A stretch of DNA of 56,349 nt from a bacterium (lineage in GTDB: Bacteria > Patescibacteriota > Minisyncoccia > CAIUEV01), in contig JAJXZR010000001.1 in the NCBI GenBank assembly GCA_021779915.1, positions 1 through 56,349 of the forward strand, written 5' to 3'. Below are positions 1 to 9,149 of the stretch, piece by piece. The position numbers were made by a program, and so were the translations under genes. The notes below the pieces were generated by a model. That model saw only the letters and a list, made by a program, of their open reading frames with translations, ran no database searches and was not told the DNA's origin. Within the stretch, counting starts at the first letter, position 1, and each line of letters starts with the position of its first letter.

Positions 1-23
1 AAAAGAAAAAGGGACCCGCTTAT

Positions 24-347
24 ATGCTTTCAGAAAAAACTAGTAAGGCAGGCGTTGTAAAAATTGTTATTAAGGGTTGGTTCGAAGTATTTTCCCAACT
101 AATAGATCTTCTTCAAGAAAGAAATTTTATTCATTCGAACAGATTGGTCAGCAACCAAGAATTTCATCAATTACTCAAGGAAAAACGTTTTAGAGCTAGC
201 CTCAAAAAAATGATATTTTCGACACCAAATTTTAAACAGAAAAAAGCAGAAAAAAAAGCTAAAAATTCTGTCTTGAAACAAGGTGAGAAAGAGGAGCAAA
301 AGACAAACGGTGAAGAGGGCAAGGACCAACTTCCTGAATGGTTTTGA
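24..347 (+). CDS. Hypothetical protein, possibly the 3' end of a gene starting before the window
   Basis: Frame is open back to the window edge; Lys/Glu-rich tail overlaps the rnhB 3' end by 89 bp; no recognisable motif. Confidence 0.35.
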   Translation: MLSEKTSKAGVVKIVIKGWFEVFSQLIDLLQERNFIHSNRLVSNQEFHQLLKEKRFRASLKKMIFSTPNFKQKKAEKKAKNSVLKQGEKEEQKTNGEEGKDQLPEWF

Positions 348-903
348 TGTGTCGTGCGGTTCCATACCCCTTGTTGTCGCAAAAACAGTATTTTGGCCAT
401 TTTTTGTGGCATTTTAACATAAATCTGTCTCTCTCAACTTTAGCTACGATCGATGCGCAGGCGATCGAAAAAATTCTTGAATCTCCTCTTTTGAAAAGTT
501 TCTGCTTGTGATTAGTTTTTGTAATAAACTTTCTAATACCGTCTACTAAAAGAACATCAGGAACAAGTTTAATTTTTCTGAGTGCTTTTTTTGAAGCTTC
601 TTCGGTAGCTTTGGTTATTCCTATGCGGTCAATCAGTTTAGCTGATACCATTCCTACCGCGAACGACATATTTTTTGCAATATATTTATAAAGTTTTTCT
701 CTCTTTTTGGCTGACAATTTTTTTGAATCATTTACTTCTCTCCACCAACTGAGTTTTTGATTTTTTTCCAGAAAATCATAATCAAAAACTACCACTCCAA
801 CAGCTAGGGGACCAGCCAGTGGTCCCCTCCCTGCTTCATCCATACCAATGATAATCTTTTTACCGCTTTTTAATAGTTGTTTTTCAAAAGTGAATAGAAG
901 CAT
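259..903 (-). CDS. rnhB: Ribonuclease HII
   Basis: GMDEAGRGPLAGP, DSKKLS, VDG, GDSRIFSIACASIVAKVERD, NKGYGT, HRLSF motifs. Confidence 0.97.
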   Translation of the reverse strand: MLLFTFEKQLLKSGKKIIIGMDEAGRGPLAGPLAVGVVVFDYDFLEKNQKLSWWREVNDSKKLSAKKREKLYKYIAKNMSFAVGMVSAKLIDRIGITKATEEASKKALRKIKLVPDVLLVDGIRKFITKTNHKQKLFKRGDSRIFSIACASIVAKVERDRFMLKCHKKWPKYCFCDNKGYGTARHIKTIQEVGPCPLHRLSFAPLSHLVSRQNF

Positions 904-909
904 GAGGAA

Positions 910-1007
910 TTAGTTCATAAAGTTCATAAAGTTCATAAAGTTCTCTTGGATGAATATGTTCCTATCAACTTTACAAACTTTATAAACTTTCTAACTTTCT
1001 AAACTAA
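910..1007. repeat. Family A: inverted arrays of ~9-mer units (AAAGTTYAT / ATAAACTTT) with TTAGTT...AACTAA ends
   Basis: ttagttcataaagttcataaagttcataaagtt ... aactttacaaactttataaactttctaactttctaaactaa. Confidence 0.85.
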
Positions 1008-3145
1008 TTTAGGCTTTCTGGTTCAATATCAATTTTTACGCCGTTTGGTAGGTTTGCTAGGATTTTATTGATGGGAAATTCTTTTTGGGTTTTTAAAATA
1101 AGGGTGGTGAAATAAGACCCTTTTTTGTAATAAGTTTCTCCAGGAGCGATGAAAGACTCTAAAACCCCTTGTCTTGTTTTTAATTTATCGGCGAGGAAAC
1201 TGGCTTTCTGTTGGGATTCCATGCGGGTTTTCCCAGAGACTTCTAGCTTTACCAAAAGAGAAAAAGGAGGGTATTGAAAGGTTTTTCTTTGATTAAGCCA
1301 GAGGGGAAATAGGGAGGAATAAGTGCTTGCAATAATTTTTTCAAGAAAAGGATGATTGGGATTGGAGGTTTGGAGAATTATTTTAGGAGAAATGGAAACA
1401 AGATTGAAAAAACGGGAAGCTAGAACCTCCTCGCTGTTATAGTTTGGATTGTAAAGTAAACTGTCAAAGGAAACAAAAGAAGCAATTCCGACTTGTTTTT
1501 TAAAAAGGCGCAATAGGGCTATCATCCCTCCATAGCCCACAACAATGCAAGGTTTACCAGCATTGTCAACCAACTTGTTCCAAAAATTAAGATATTGTTT
1601 AAAAGTGGATTTGGCATCAATGGGAACCAGAAGTTCGAAATCAATTTCCTTTTTAATTTTGAGGAGCTCTTCTTTAACTTTTTCAATTCCAGCTCCCGGA
1701 AAGTAAAAATTTGAACCTTGGCATTTTGGACATTTTCCCAATGATTTATCGACGAAGGAACAATTATGACATTCGAGCCTGGAATTTTTGTTGAGAAACA
1801 AAGGTTTTTGACAGTTGGGGCAATTAGGTATGTAGCCACAGTCCCGACAGATTGTCAATCTGGCAATTCCTTTACGTCCAGCTAAAATAACAACCCATTT
1901 TTTCTTAAGAAGGGATTTTTTGATGCTGTCCTTAAGATATTGGGAAATAATGCTGTCTTTTTCATTTAATTTGGCCTCTAATTTCAAATTAATGATCGAA
2001 ATTTTTGTTTTTTCTCCTTGGAAAGAGACGGTTTGCGTTATTTTGTGAGGGGGGTTTTCTTCCGGTTTTTCGGAAATGCTTTCTGATTTACTATTCGGAA
2101 AATTAAATTTTATAATTTTATTATTTTTTAAAAAGTAGGGTGAGTTAAAAAAATCTTCAAGTCTTGGAGTTTGGCTCAAGTAGAGCTTTAGCACGTTGTC
2201 ATAAAGAGTCGGCAAAACAGATCTGACATCATAACGTGGCGACATATCCCATTGTTTAAAATTGGGATCGTGCCCATCTTCCAGAATGACTAAACCTAAT
2301 TTCAAAAAAGGAGCAAAAATTGAAGATCTTGTCCCTATGAAAATAGCGGGGCGTAAATTTTGAGCAAGCTGCCAACCTTCTCTGAAAGCGGTATGGGGCA
2401 AAGCTTTACTTAGGATTATTGGGCTTGAAACAGAAACTTTTTGGGCAAGCAGATAATATTTAGCACAAACAGGTAACAGTTGCGTTTTTTCTGGAACCAC
2501 GATTAATACCTGTTCTCTTTTTTGAATAGTTTTGACAACTATTTTTTGAAGTTCAGAAGTTTGATTTTGAGACAAGAACACATAGGGCAGTTTTTGTCCC
2601 TTCTCAAAAAGAAGATTCTCTTTTTTCTTATCTGTATTTTTGATAGGGGCAAGATAGTCTACCAATTCGACCATTTTCCCAAAAGTTGCCAAGTAGCTTA
2701 TTTGACTGTGTTTGCCCATTTTTGGATCTTGAGCGATGTATTTGGCAAAATGGTTCCAGGAAACCAAATAATGTTCAGATAGAATTTTTGATTTCCGTAT
2801 TAAATTTTCTGGAAAATATTTTTTGGCTGTTACGCTGATAATTTCTCTAATTTTAATTTTTGGAGGGATAAAACTGCAATAGAAATAATTTTTATTTCCA
2901 ATTAGCTTTCTTAAATTGGTCTCCCAAATATTCCCTTTGAAATTGGGTGTTACTATTTTTTGCAGTTTTACTACAACTCCCTTTTTTATGCTTCGACGAA
3001 AGGGAACTTCAATCAGATCTCCGGTTTCAGGATAGAGGTCTGGTTCTCTTGAGTAGTAAAAGAAAGTAGAATTGTTTTTATAAGGAAATCGTTGAAGTAG
3101 AAGAACCTCAAGCAGAGTTAAGGTTATATATTCTTTTTTAGGCAA
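1004..3145 (-). CDS. priA: Primosomal protein N' (PriA) with degenerate helicase motifs
   Basis: N-terminal VPF..GVV 3'-DNA-binding region, VLIVVPE, IGTRSSIFAP, FKQWDMSPRYD, four CxxC pairs, QTSNPNHP, YPPF; TTG start. Confidence 0.88.
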   Translation of the reverse strand: MPKKEYITLTLLEVLLLQRFPYKNNSTFFYYSREPDLYPETGDLIEVPFRRSIKKGVVVKLQKIVTPNFKGNIWETNLRKLIGNKNYFYCSFIPPKIKIREIISVTAKKYFPENLIRKSKILSEHYLVSWNHFAKYIAQDPKMGKHSQISYLATFGKMVELVDYLAPIKNTDKKKENLLFEKGQKLPYVFLSQNQTSELQKIVVKTIQKREQVLIVVPEKTQLLPVCAKYYLLAQKVSVSSPIILSKALPHTAFREGWQLAQNLRPAIFIGTRSSIFAPFLKLGLVILEDGHDPNFKQWDMSPRYDVRSVLPTLYDNVLKLYLSQTPRLEDFFNSPYFLKNNKIIKFNFPNSKSESISEKPEENPPHKITQTVSFQGEKTKISIINLKLEAKLNEKDSIISQYLKDSIKKSLLKKKWVVILAGRKGIARLTICRDCGYIPNCPNCQKPLFLNKNSRLECHNCSFVDKSLGKCPKCQGSNFYFPGAGIEKVKEELLKIKKEIDFELLVPIDAKSTFKQYLNFWNKLVDNAGKPCIVVGYGGMIALLRLFKKQVGIASFVSFDSLLYNPNYNSEEVLASRFFNLVSISPKIILQTSNPNHPFLEKIIASTYSSLFPLWLNQRKTFQYPPFSLLVKLEVSGKTRMESQQKASFLADKLKTRQGVLESFIAPGETYYKKGSYFTTLILKTQKEFPINKILANLPNGVKIDIEPESLN

Positions 3146-3182
3146 TTGAATGATTTAAAACCAAGAAGTTTTTTAGAGAAGG

Positions 3183-3986
3183 TTATTTTCTGTCTTTAAT
3201 AATCCAGACTTTCCTTATCTTCTTTCCATCCCATGGGAGGTCGAGAACTGCTTCCTTGAAAAGGCGGTCGTCGCTTTCTTTTACTTCCGATACTTTTCCC
3301 AGAAGCAGTCCAGAAGGCACTCCAGGATCGGTATTGTCAGTAACTACTTCGGCATTTGTGTCAATTTTGCTTTCAATCGGCAACATTTCTAAAAGAGCTC
3401 TTAAATTTTTACTTCCCTCCAGGACCCCATTATAATCAGTCCCGGCAATTATAGCGGTTATTCTGCTTGTGATGTTGGAGGTCAAAGCGATGTAACTGGT
3501 TGATCGAGTTGTCCTTTGAATTTTTCCAATCATAATGCCGGTGTCATCTACTACCGCCATCCCGGGGCGAATTTGTTGTTCTTCTCCTTGATTGATCATT
3601 AAAATGGGGGCATCAAAAAAATTATCTTTTCCTATCACATCTGCTTCTTCCAGATTGAAATTAGTTGCCACATTCTCATTTTGCAGAACGATCCCGTTGG
3701 ACAGAATGTTCTCTTTTAGTTGAGAATTTTCTCGCATAAGCCTTTCATTTTCCAAACGTAAAGTTTCTAAATCGTTGGAATTAACCAATTTTTCGTTAAC
3801 TTGCGACAACTTTTCTTTGATTTGCGTACCCAAAAAACTTAACTTGTTTCCTAAATAGCCAAAAGTATATTGATAAAGCGAATTGTTGGTAAAAAGTAAC
3901 CCAAGCAGTACAAAAAAGACCAAAATATATTTAATTGGCCATTTCCTTTTTTTTTGTAAGGAGGATTTTTTATAATTTTTATACAT
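3183..3986 (-). CDS. mreC: Rod shape-determining protein MreC
   Basis: N-terminal TM, coiled coil (LRLENERL), ADVIGKD, INQG...GMAVV...GKI, PSGLLLGKV, LFKEA. Confidence 0.9.
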   Translation of the reverse strand: MYKNYKKSSLQKKRKWPIKYILVFFVLLGLLFTNNSLYQYTFGYLGNKLSFLGTQIKEKLSQVNEKLVNSNDLETLRLENERLMRENSQLKENILSNGIVLQNENVATNFNLEEADVIGKDNFFDAPILMINQGEEQQIRPGMAVVDDTGIMIGKIQRTTRSTSYIALTSNITSRITAIIAGTDYNGVLEGSKNLRALLEMLPIESKIDTNAEVVTDNTDPGVPSGLLLGKVSEVKESDDRLFKEAVLDLPWDGKKIRKVWIIKDRK

Positions 3987-4037
3987 AAACTAACGAATAT
4001 AAAAATACAACGGAGCTGGAGTTAATACGTTGAAAAT

Positions 4038-6920
4038 CTAACTTTTTTTCTTTTCTCCTGCATAAGAAATCCAAGCTACTCCGCTTAAAAGAAAATACAA
4101 AAAGATTGCCCAAACCAATGTTTCAAAAATAAATCTGAAATTATCCGGAACATTCAAGTAGGCGAAAGCCAAACTTCCTATTGAGCTCTTTTGGCTAATG
4201 GGCGTGGTTTTGTCAGATTTTGTCATTAGAGTGAGTTCATCCTCATAAACTAATTGTTTATTAGATGTTTCAACTCTCAACTTCAGATTGTGAGGAGTAC
4301 CGGGAAGATAGCTTTCGTCAAGTTTTAGATCATAATTATCATTGCCCTCTTTGAATTCTGAACTGTCGAAGGACCAAAGATAACGTACATCAGTTTCGGA
4401 GGCAAAGTTACTGCCAACCGGACCTCTATAAGCAACGAAGTTTAAATCAGTATTAAAGGGAATCCGGTATACCAGATTGTCTTTTGAAGAATTCGAATTT
4501 TCTTTATCGGTGGAAACATTGGAAAAAGTTTTTTCGCTAGGCCTAATTCTGACATAAGGATTAATCACTTTAAGATTAACCGTATTTTCTGCTATATGTG
4601 TTCGGTTTCGATTTGTGGCTACTAATTTTATTTCATAATTGGAACCCGGATTTTTATCGATATTAAGAGAAATCTTGGGGTCGCTCCCCTCAACTTGTTT
4701 TTTATCTACGTACCAAACAAAATCGTCATATAATCTTCCTTTGTATTCGGCTAAAACTGTGTCTCCTTTGGTTGTCTCGTTGTTTTCCAGATCTTCCCTT
4801 TGTTCTAATTTTCCAGCATTTAAGGTGAGTCTTGAAAAATCTATTTTCAAATCTTCATTTACTTCAAAATTCAGGGTAGCTTCTCCTAGTTTCTGAACGG
4901 TATCTTTGATGCTGACCGCTCTAACTAGGGCGGTATAATTTCCTTCGATTAAAGGGATTAGGGTGAGTTTGTTCCAGCCAGTAGTTCCTTCTTCTTTATA
5001 AGTAGCCAACAAATTGTCTAGCGGAGTATAGGCGACTTCAGCTCCGTTCATTTTCCAAATCAATCTGCCGTTTTTATCGTCTTTTTCTGGTTTTAGAACA
5101 TTCTCTCCGTGTTTTAAAGTCCAATTGTAAGAAAACAATTGTCCATCATTTTCTTCATCGGCGGTAATCGCTTCAAGGTAAATTGAGTCTTTAACATTCG
5201 GACGAAGCGGAAAGAGATTAATCATCGTGTCGATTTTGTTATTGTCAGTTGAGGCGGTACTTTGCCAAATATCTTTCAGTGCAAGATAGCCGAACCCGAA
5301 ATCGTTGGATTCAACGCAAGTCCCATCTTTTTTATCTTTACAAGAACAAAGATTGTTAAAATCAGGAGAACTGTTTTCTTTGATTCTAATAGCCTCGCTC
5401 GAGCAATTCTCCGGAAAAGCCCACATGATTTTATAATAAGGGGCTTGCTCGTTAGTTGAAAGAAGAGAGGTTCCCTCCACTACGACTCCGATTTTATCTC
5501 CGGGTTGATAGGTGAATCCCACAGTTTGCTGACCTAGCCCTACAATATCTGCTTCATCTGGAAAACCGTCTCCGTCCGTGTCGGCATTAGTAGGGTCGGT
5601 TCCCCAAAAAATTTCTTCATTAGTGTCAAAACTGCCGTCTCCTGCTTTAAAAGGAACTTTATCATCCCATTTTAAAGCAGGATTAGGATTATTTGCTCCT
5701 GGAAAAAAATGACCGCAAGTAATCGGTTGGAATATTCCAGCAAGGTGGTCTTTCACATCTCGCCCTCCAAAATTGTATCGAAAACATCTGCTTCCAACTG
5801 GTTCGACCGAAGGAGAAGATAATAAATTAGTATCACTCACCTCGCACTTTTTAGTACAGTAATCTTTCTGTTTGTTGATAGTCCACTTGTTTTTGTTATA
5901 TTCTCTATCGCAATCAGAACAGTCTTGGGCAGGTTTACTTCCACAAGTGCCTTTGTTGAGGCAACAAAGATCTCTTTGATTAGTACAGTCGCTTTCCTGA
6001 CTGAAAAAATCTCCGTCGCATTTATTGTATTGATCAATCGGCAATGTTCTAAGGCAGTCTTTTTGCTTATCGTTGTCTTTTTGATTGCATATTTTTGAAA
6101 AACAATCGTCTTCAAGACTGGTCTTCATACCAGTTAAACAGGAGCTATAGTCATCGTTGCAAGAGCTACAACACTGATCGATCCAAGTGTCGCAAGCTGG
6201 CTTGAAACAGCTCTCATGTTTCCACTCCACCTCGTTTAGAGCGTTGTCATAAGTAATTTTACAATTTTGTTTGCAACTGGAAGTAAAATCGCTATAGTTA
6301 AAATCATAATCTTTTCCCAAAATATCTTCAATATTTTTTTCAATTGCACCCTTCCCTCCGTCTCCTCCAAAACTCGCCAGATAACCGTCACGATCAAGTC
6401 CTGGTCCCTCGGAAGAAGTTCCTAAATCTTTTGCCGTTTTGCTGGTTCCGGGCACATAAGTTCCTCTAGCTTGGGCCATTGCTCCGCGAATCAAGGCTCC
6501 TTCGACTGTGTTGGAAGGAATAAAAACTTTCTGGCCATTTTTCACTACCACCGAGCCAACTTTGGGGTCAGCATTAAAAATGTACCAAGAATAATAAAGT
6601 TTTGAACTAGATGTTCGAAAATTTTGGGGGAGAGCTTGAGCGTGAACCGATTCTTGTGCTTTGGGATTTGTTGGAGTTATAGTGATATCCACATTAGGAA
6701 TCTTGTTTGGGCCTTCTGAAGAAGAACCCAGATTATTATTAGCGTCATCTGAAACTTTGTTAGAGCTGTTGAAGGAGGCTGCCAGCATTTTTATACTATC
6801 GGAAGCAGAGAGGTTTTGCTGATCCGAATCAAACGAACCAGGCAGAAGAAAAGCGAAGGCTGTATTCCCTCCGGATAAAAAAATTGTAGATAAAATTAGA
6901 AAACTGCTTAAATATTTCAT
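4038..6920 (-). CDS. Large exported, C-terminally membrane-anchored protein with a Cys-rich segment, a DxDGDG Ca-binding loop and beta-rich Ig/PKD-like repeats
   Basis: Signal peptide (..TAFA), 20-Cys block, TDPTNADTDGDGFPDEAD, repeated Y-x-W beta motifs, hydrophobic C-terminal helix followed by KKKS. Confidence 0.8.
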   Translation of the reverse strand: MKYLSSFLILSTIFLSGGNTAFAFLLPGSFDSDQQNLSASDSIKMLAASFNSSNKVSDDANNNLGSSSEGPNKIPNVDITITPTNPKAQESVHAQALPQNFRTSSSKLYYSWYIFNADPKVGSVVVKNGQKVFIPSNTVEGALIRGAMAQARGTYVPGTSKTAKDLGTSSEGPGLDRDGYLASFGGDGGKGAIEKNIEDILGKDYDFNYSDFTSSCKQNCKITYDNALNEVEWKHESCFKPACDTWIDQCCSSCNDDYSSCLTGMKTSLEDDCFSKICNQKDNDKQKDCLRTLPIDQYNKCDGDFFSQESDCTNQRDLCCLNKGTCGSKPAQDCSDCDREYNKNKWTINKQKDYCTKKCEVSDTNLLSSPSVEPVGSRCFRYNFGGRDVKDHLAGIFQPITCGHFFPGANNPNPALKWDDKVPFKAGDGSFDTNEEIFWGTDPTNADTDGDGFPDEADIVGLGQQTVGFTYQPGDKIGVVVEGTSLLSTNEQAPYYKIMWAFPENCSSEAIRIKENSSPDFNNLCSCKDKKDGTCVESNDFGFGYLALKDIWQSTASTDNNKIDTMINLFPLRPNVKDSIYLEAITADEENDGQLFSYNWTLKHGENVLKPEKDDKNGRLIWKMNGAEVAYTPLDNLLATYKEEGTTGWNKLTLIPLIEGNYTALVRAVSIKDTVQKLGEATLNFEVNEDLKIDFSRLTLNAGKLEQREDLENNETTKGDTVLAEYKGRLYDDFVWYVDKKQVEGSDPKISLNIDKNPGSNYEIKLVATNRNRTHIAENTVNLKVINPYVRIRPSEKTFSNVSTDKENSNSSKDNLVYRIPFNTDLNFVAYRGPVGSNFASETDVRYLWSFDSSEFKEGNDNYDLKLDESYLPGTPHNLKLRVETSNKQLVYEDELTLMTKSDKTTPISQKSSIGSLAFAYLNVPDNFRFIFETLVWAIFLYFLLSGVAWISYAGEKKKS

Positions 6921-6942
6921 TGGATAAATAAATTTTTTAAAA

Positions 6943-7998
6943 CTAAAAAATTATTTCCTGGCTTTCTTTGGAAAACGACAGCAAATATCCTTCGTCGTAG
7001 GATCTTAAAATTAAACCAAGGTGGTCTCTGTCGCCGGAGGTGAGGTTTTGCACGTTGGGAGATCGAAGAAGGTAGTCGCTTCTTTCGTTGATCTCATGCG
7101 TTCCTGATCCGGCGTAAGCTCTGTAATCTTGAAGCCAATTCTCGATAGTAGGGTTGACAATTTCTCCATTATAAAGAAGCTTTATTGGATTCTGCCCGAT
7201 TTTTTGTTCACCGATTCGAGGATATTTTTTGATAAGATCGATAATCTCACCGCTTAAAAGGTTTTGGCTGAAAGGATTAATTTTTTCTCGAACATCCGAA
7301 ATAATATTATTGTCATTGTTGTTTTCGGGGCTTTCTAAAGAGGTTAATTCTTCGGAATATTCCTCCAAAACACTTTGGAGTGCGTCTCTAATTTGTTTTT
7401 GAGAAGGAAATTTTAGTTCTTCATAAAATTCGATAATTTGGAGTAAAAGAAATTTTTCTTCCTTACTAAGTTTAGCAACGTTGGGATTTTCGGTGATATA
7501 TTTGACGGGGATAATCTTTTCATGGCGGTCCATTCCATAAATCCGGTTATAGTCGCGTAACCAATTAAGCAAATAAGGAGGGGAATCTTGTTTTTCTCCA
7601 TTGATTCTAATATCGAACAATCCAATCCTTTCTTCATTCCTAAGCATCGCCTCTATAAAAAGTTGTAGGGTTTCCGGCCAAAGAACATCAGAAGTCAGGT
7701 TCATTTTAATAGAAAATCGATTCCTAATGTCGATGCCAACCTTAAAGGCTTTAACGAGAGATTTCTCAAATAGCCCCAATTGTTCTCTTTCGGATAAAGT
7801 TTGAAAGAGAATGAATTTCAAAAGACAGGCGTAAACTTCCAGTTCTTCCACTTGAGCTCGATTTTTCAAAACAGTTGGCGATTTTAAGAGCTCGTTTATT
7901 TTTTTTAGCTCTTCGTCCGCCTCGTCCATAAAATAAGTCTTCAAAATTTCTATCGTACTTTCTCTTATTTTTTTAATTTGTTCATTTGTATCTGACAT
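6943..7998 (-). CDS. Hypothetical protein with an internally duplicated ~75-aa domain
   Basis: Long ORF; two copies of IG..I...NGE...P...NWLxDY....G..HE.....Y....PNV..L; ATG at 7998 preferred over TTG at 8001. Confidence 0.8.
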   Translation of the reverse strand: MSDTNEQIKKIRESTIEILKTYFMDEADEELKKINELLKSPTVLKNRAQVEELEVYACLLKFILFQTLSEREQLGLFEKSLVKAFKVGIDIRNRFSIKMNLTSDVLWPETLQLFIEAMLRNEERIGLFDIRINGEKQDSPPYLLNWLRDYNRIYGMDRHEKIIPVKYITENPNVAKLSKEEKFLLLQIIEFYEELKFPSQKQIRDALQSVLEEYSEELTSLESPENNNDNNIISDVREKINPFSQNLLSGEIIDLIKKYPRIGEQKIGQNPIKLLYNGEIVNPTIENWLQDYRAYAGSGTHEINERSDYLLRSPNVQNLTSGDRDHLGLILRSYDEGYLLSFSKESQEIIF

Positions 7999-8005
7999 CA
8001 AAATA

Positions 8006-8119
8006 ATGTAAAATTAAAAGATCAAAATGCAAAATTGAGGAGTCGCCTTAGGCGACAATCAATTGAATGTTGCGATTAGCGACACCACAATTTTCCATTT
8101 TGATTTTTGCATTTTAAAT
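8006..8119. repeat. Family C: 7-mer (AAAATGY-type) inverted arrays enclosing two GTCGC-loop-GCGAC hairpins
   Basis: aaaatgcaaaattgaggagtcgccttaggcgac...gcgacaccacaattttccattttgatttttgcatttt; similar copies at 22983, 33006 and 50278. Confidence 0.85.
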
Positions 8120-8158
8120 TATGCGCTTGTACAAAAATAACCAAAACACGTCTGGTGT

Positions 8159-9094
8159 TCAGACCAAATTGCTTCTCCAATTCTTCAATAAACTCAAATC
8201 CCGAGCCATTCCTTCCGGGGTTGGTGTTTCTAAAATCACGTCTGTATTATAATCCTCTTTATAAAAATAGTCTACTAAATTTAAAAAAGCTTTTTCTCCG
8301 ATTTTACCCTGGCCCAAGTGGGCGTGGCGATCTACTTTGGAATCAAATTCAGCCAGAGAGTCGTTAAAGTGGATAAGTTTTAATTTGTCCCTGCCAATCC
8401 ACTTTTCCATTTTAATGAGGTTGGATTTTATTTCTTCAGTAGTCCGAAAATCATAGCCGGAAGCAAATGCATGGGCAGTGTCCAAACAAAATCCACTGAG
8501 AGCGGGAACAGCCTCAAGATAGTAGGATATTTCTTCAAAGGTAGCTCCTAACACCGCTCCAGAACCGGCGGATATTTCAATAAGGAGAGGAATATTTTTT
8601 TCTTGTCCGGCAATTTTTTCCAGTCCCGCAACCACTCTTAAAAAGGCACTTGGATCAAACTTTCTTTTTTGAGCCAGAACTAAAAGCTCCTTAAAATATT
8701 TTTTAGAAAAACTCTCTGAGTAATTTTGCTCAAAAAGAGGTGTTTCAATTTTAAAATCCCTAGCGCTTCCCAAATGAGTTACGACGTATTTTGCTCCAAG
8801 AATCTTAGCTCTTTTAAGATCTTCTTTAATCGCATTGATAGAGCCAAAAAAAATTCGATTGTCTTTGGAAGCAAGATTGATGAAATAAGGAGTGTGGATA
8901 TAATAATTTTTTAAACCAAGCTTCTTCAATCCCTCTTTAAATTCTTTTACTTCGGCTTCTTCGAGTTCTTTTGCTTTTCCTCCGTGAGGAGAACGAGCAA
9001 AAAATTGAAAACACTCTCCGCCAAGAGATTCCACTCTCTCGGGAATTTTTGTAATACCACCGGAAGCACTGACATGGAAACCAAAGCGTAACAT
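8159..9094 (-). CDS. nfo: Endonuclease IV (AP endonuclease)
   Basis: GFHVSASGG, QFF, HTPYFINLAS, HLGS, EISAG, CLDTAHAFASGYD, HFNDS, DRHAHLGQG, ILETP. Confidence 0.95.
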   Translation of the reverse strand: MLRFGFHVSASGGITKIPERVESLGGECFQFFARSPHGGKAKELEEAEVKEFKEGLKKLGLKNYYIHTPYFINLASKDNRIFFGSINAIKEDLKRAKILGAKYVVTHLGSARDFKIETPLFEQNYSESFSKKYFKELLVLAQKRKFDPSAFLRVVAGLEKIAGQEKNIPLLIEISAGSGAVLGATFEEISYYLEAVPALSGFCLDTAHAFASGYDFRTTEEIKSNLIKMEKWIGRDKLKLIHFNDSLAEFDSKVDRHAHLGQGKIGEKAFLNLVDYFYKEDYNTDVILETPTPEGMARDLSLLKNWRSNLV

Positions 9095-9149
9095 TTCAAA
9101 TAATTAAAAATGTAAAATGCAATAAATATTTTTTAAGAAACGAGCTTAC

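Noticed and set aside
910-1007. Tandem repeats as a possible CRISPR array
   Set aside because: Units are 7-9 nt with no unique spacers, and no cas genes are present in the window
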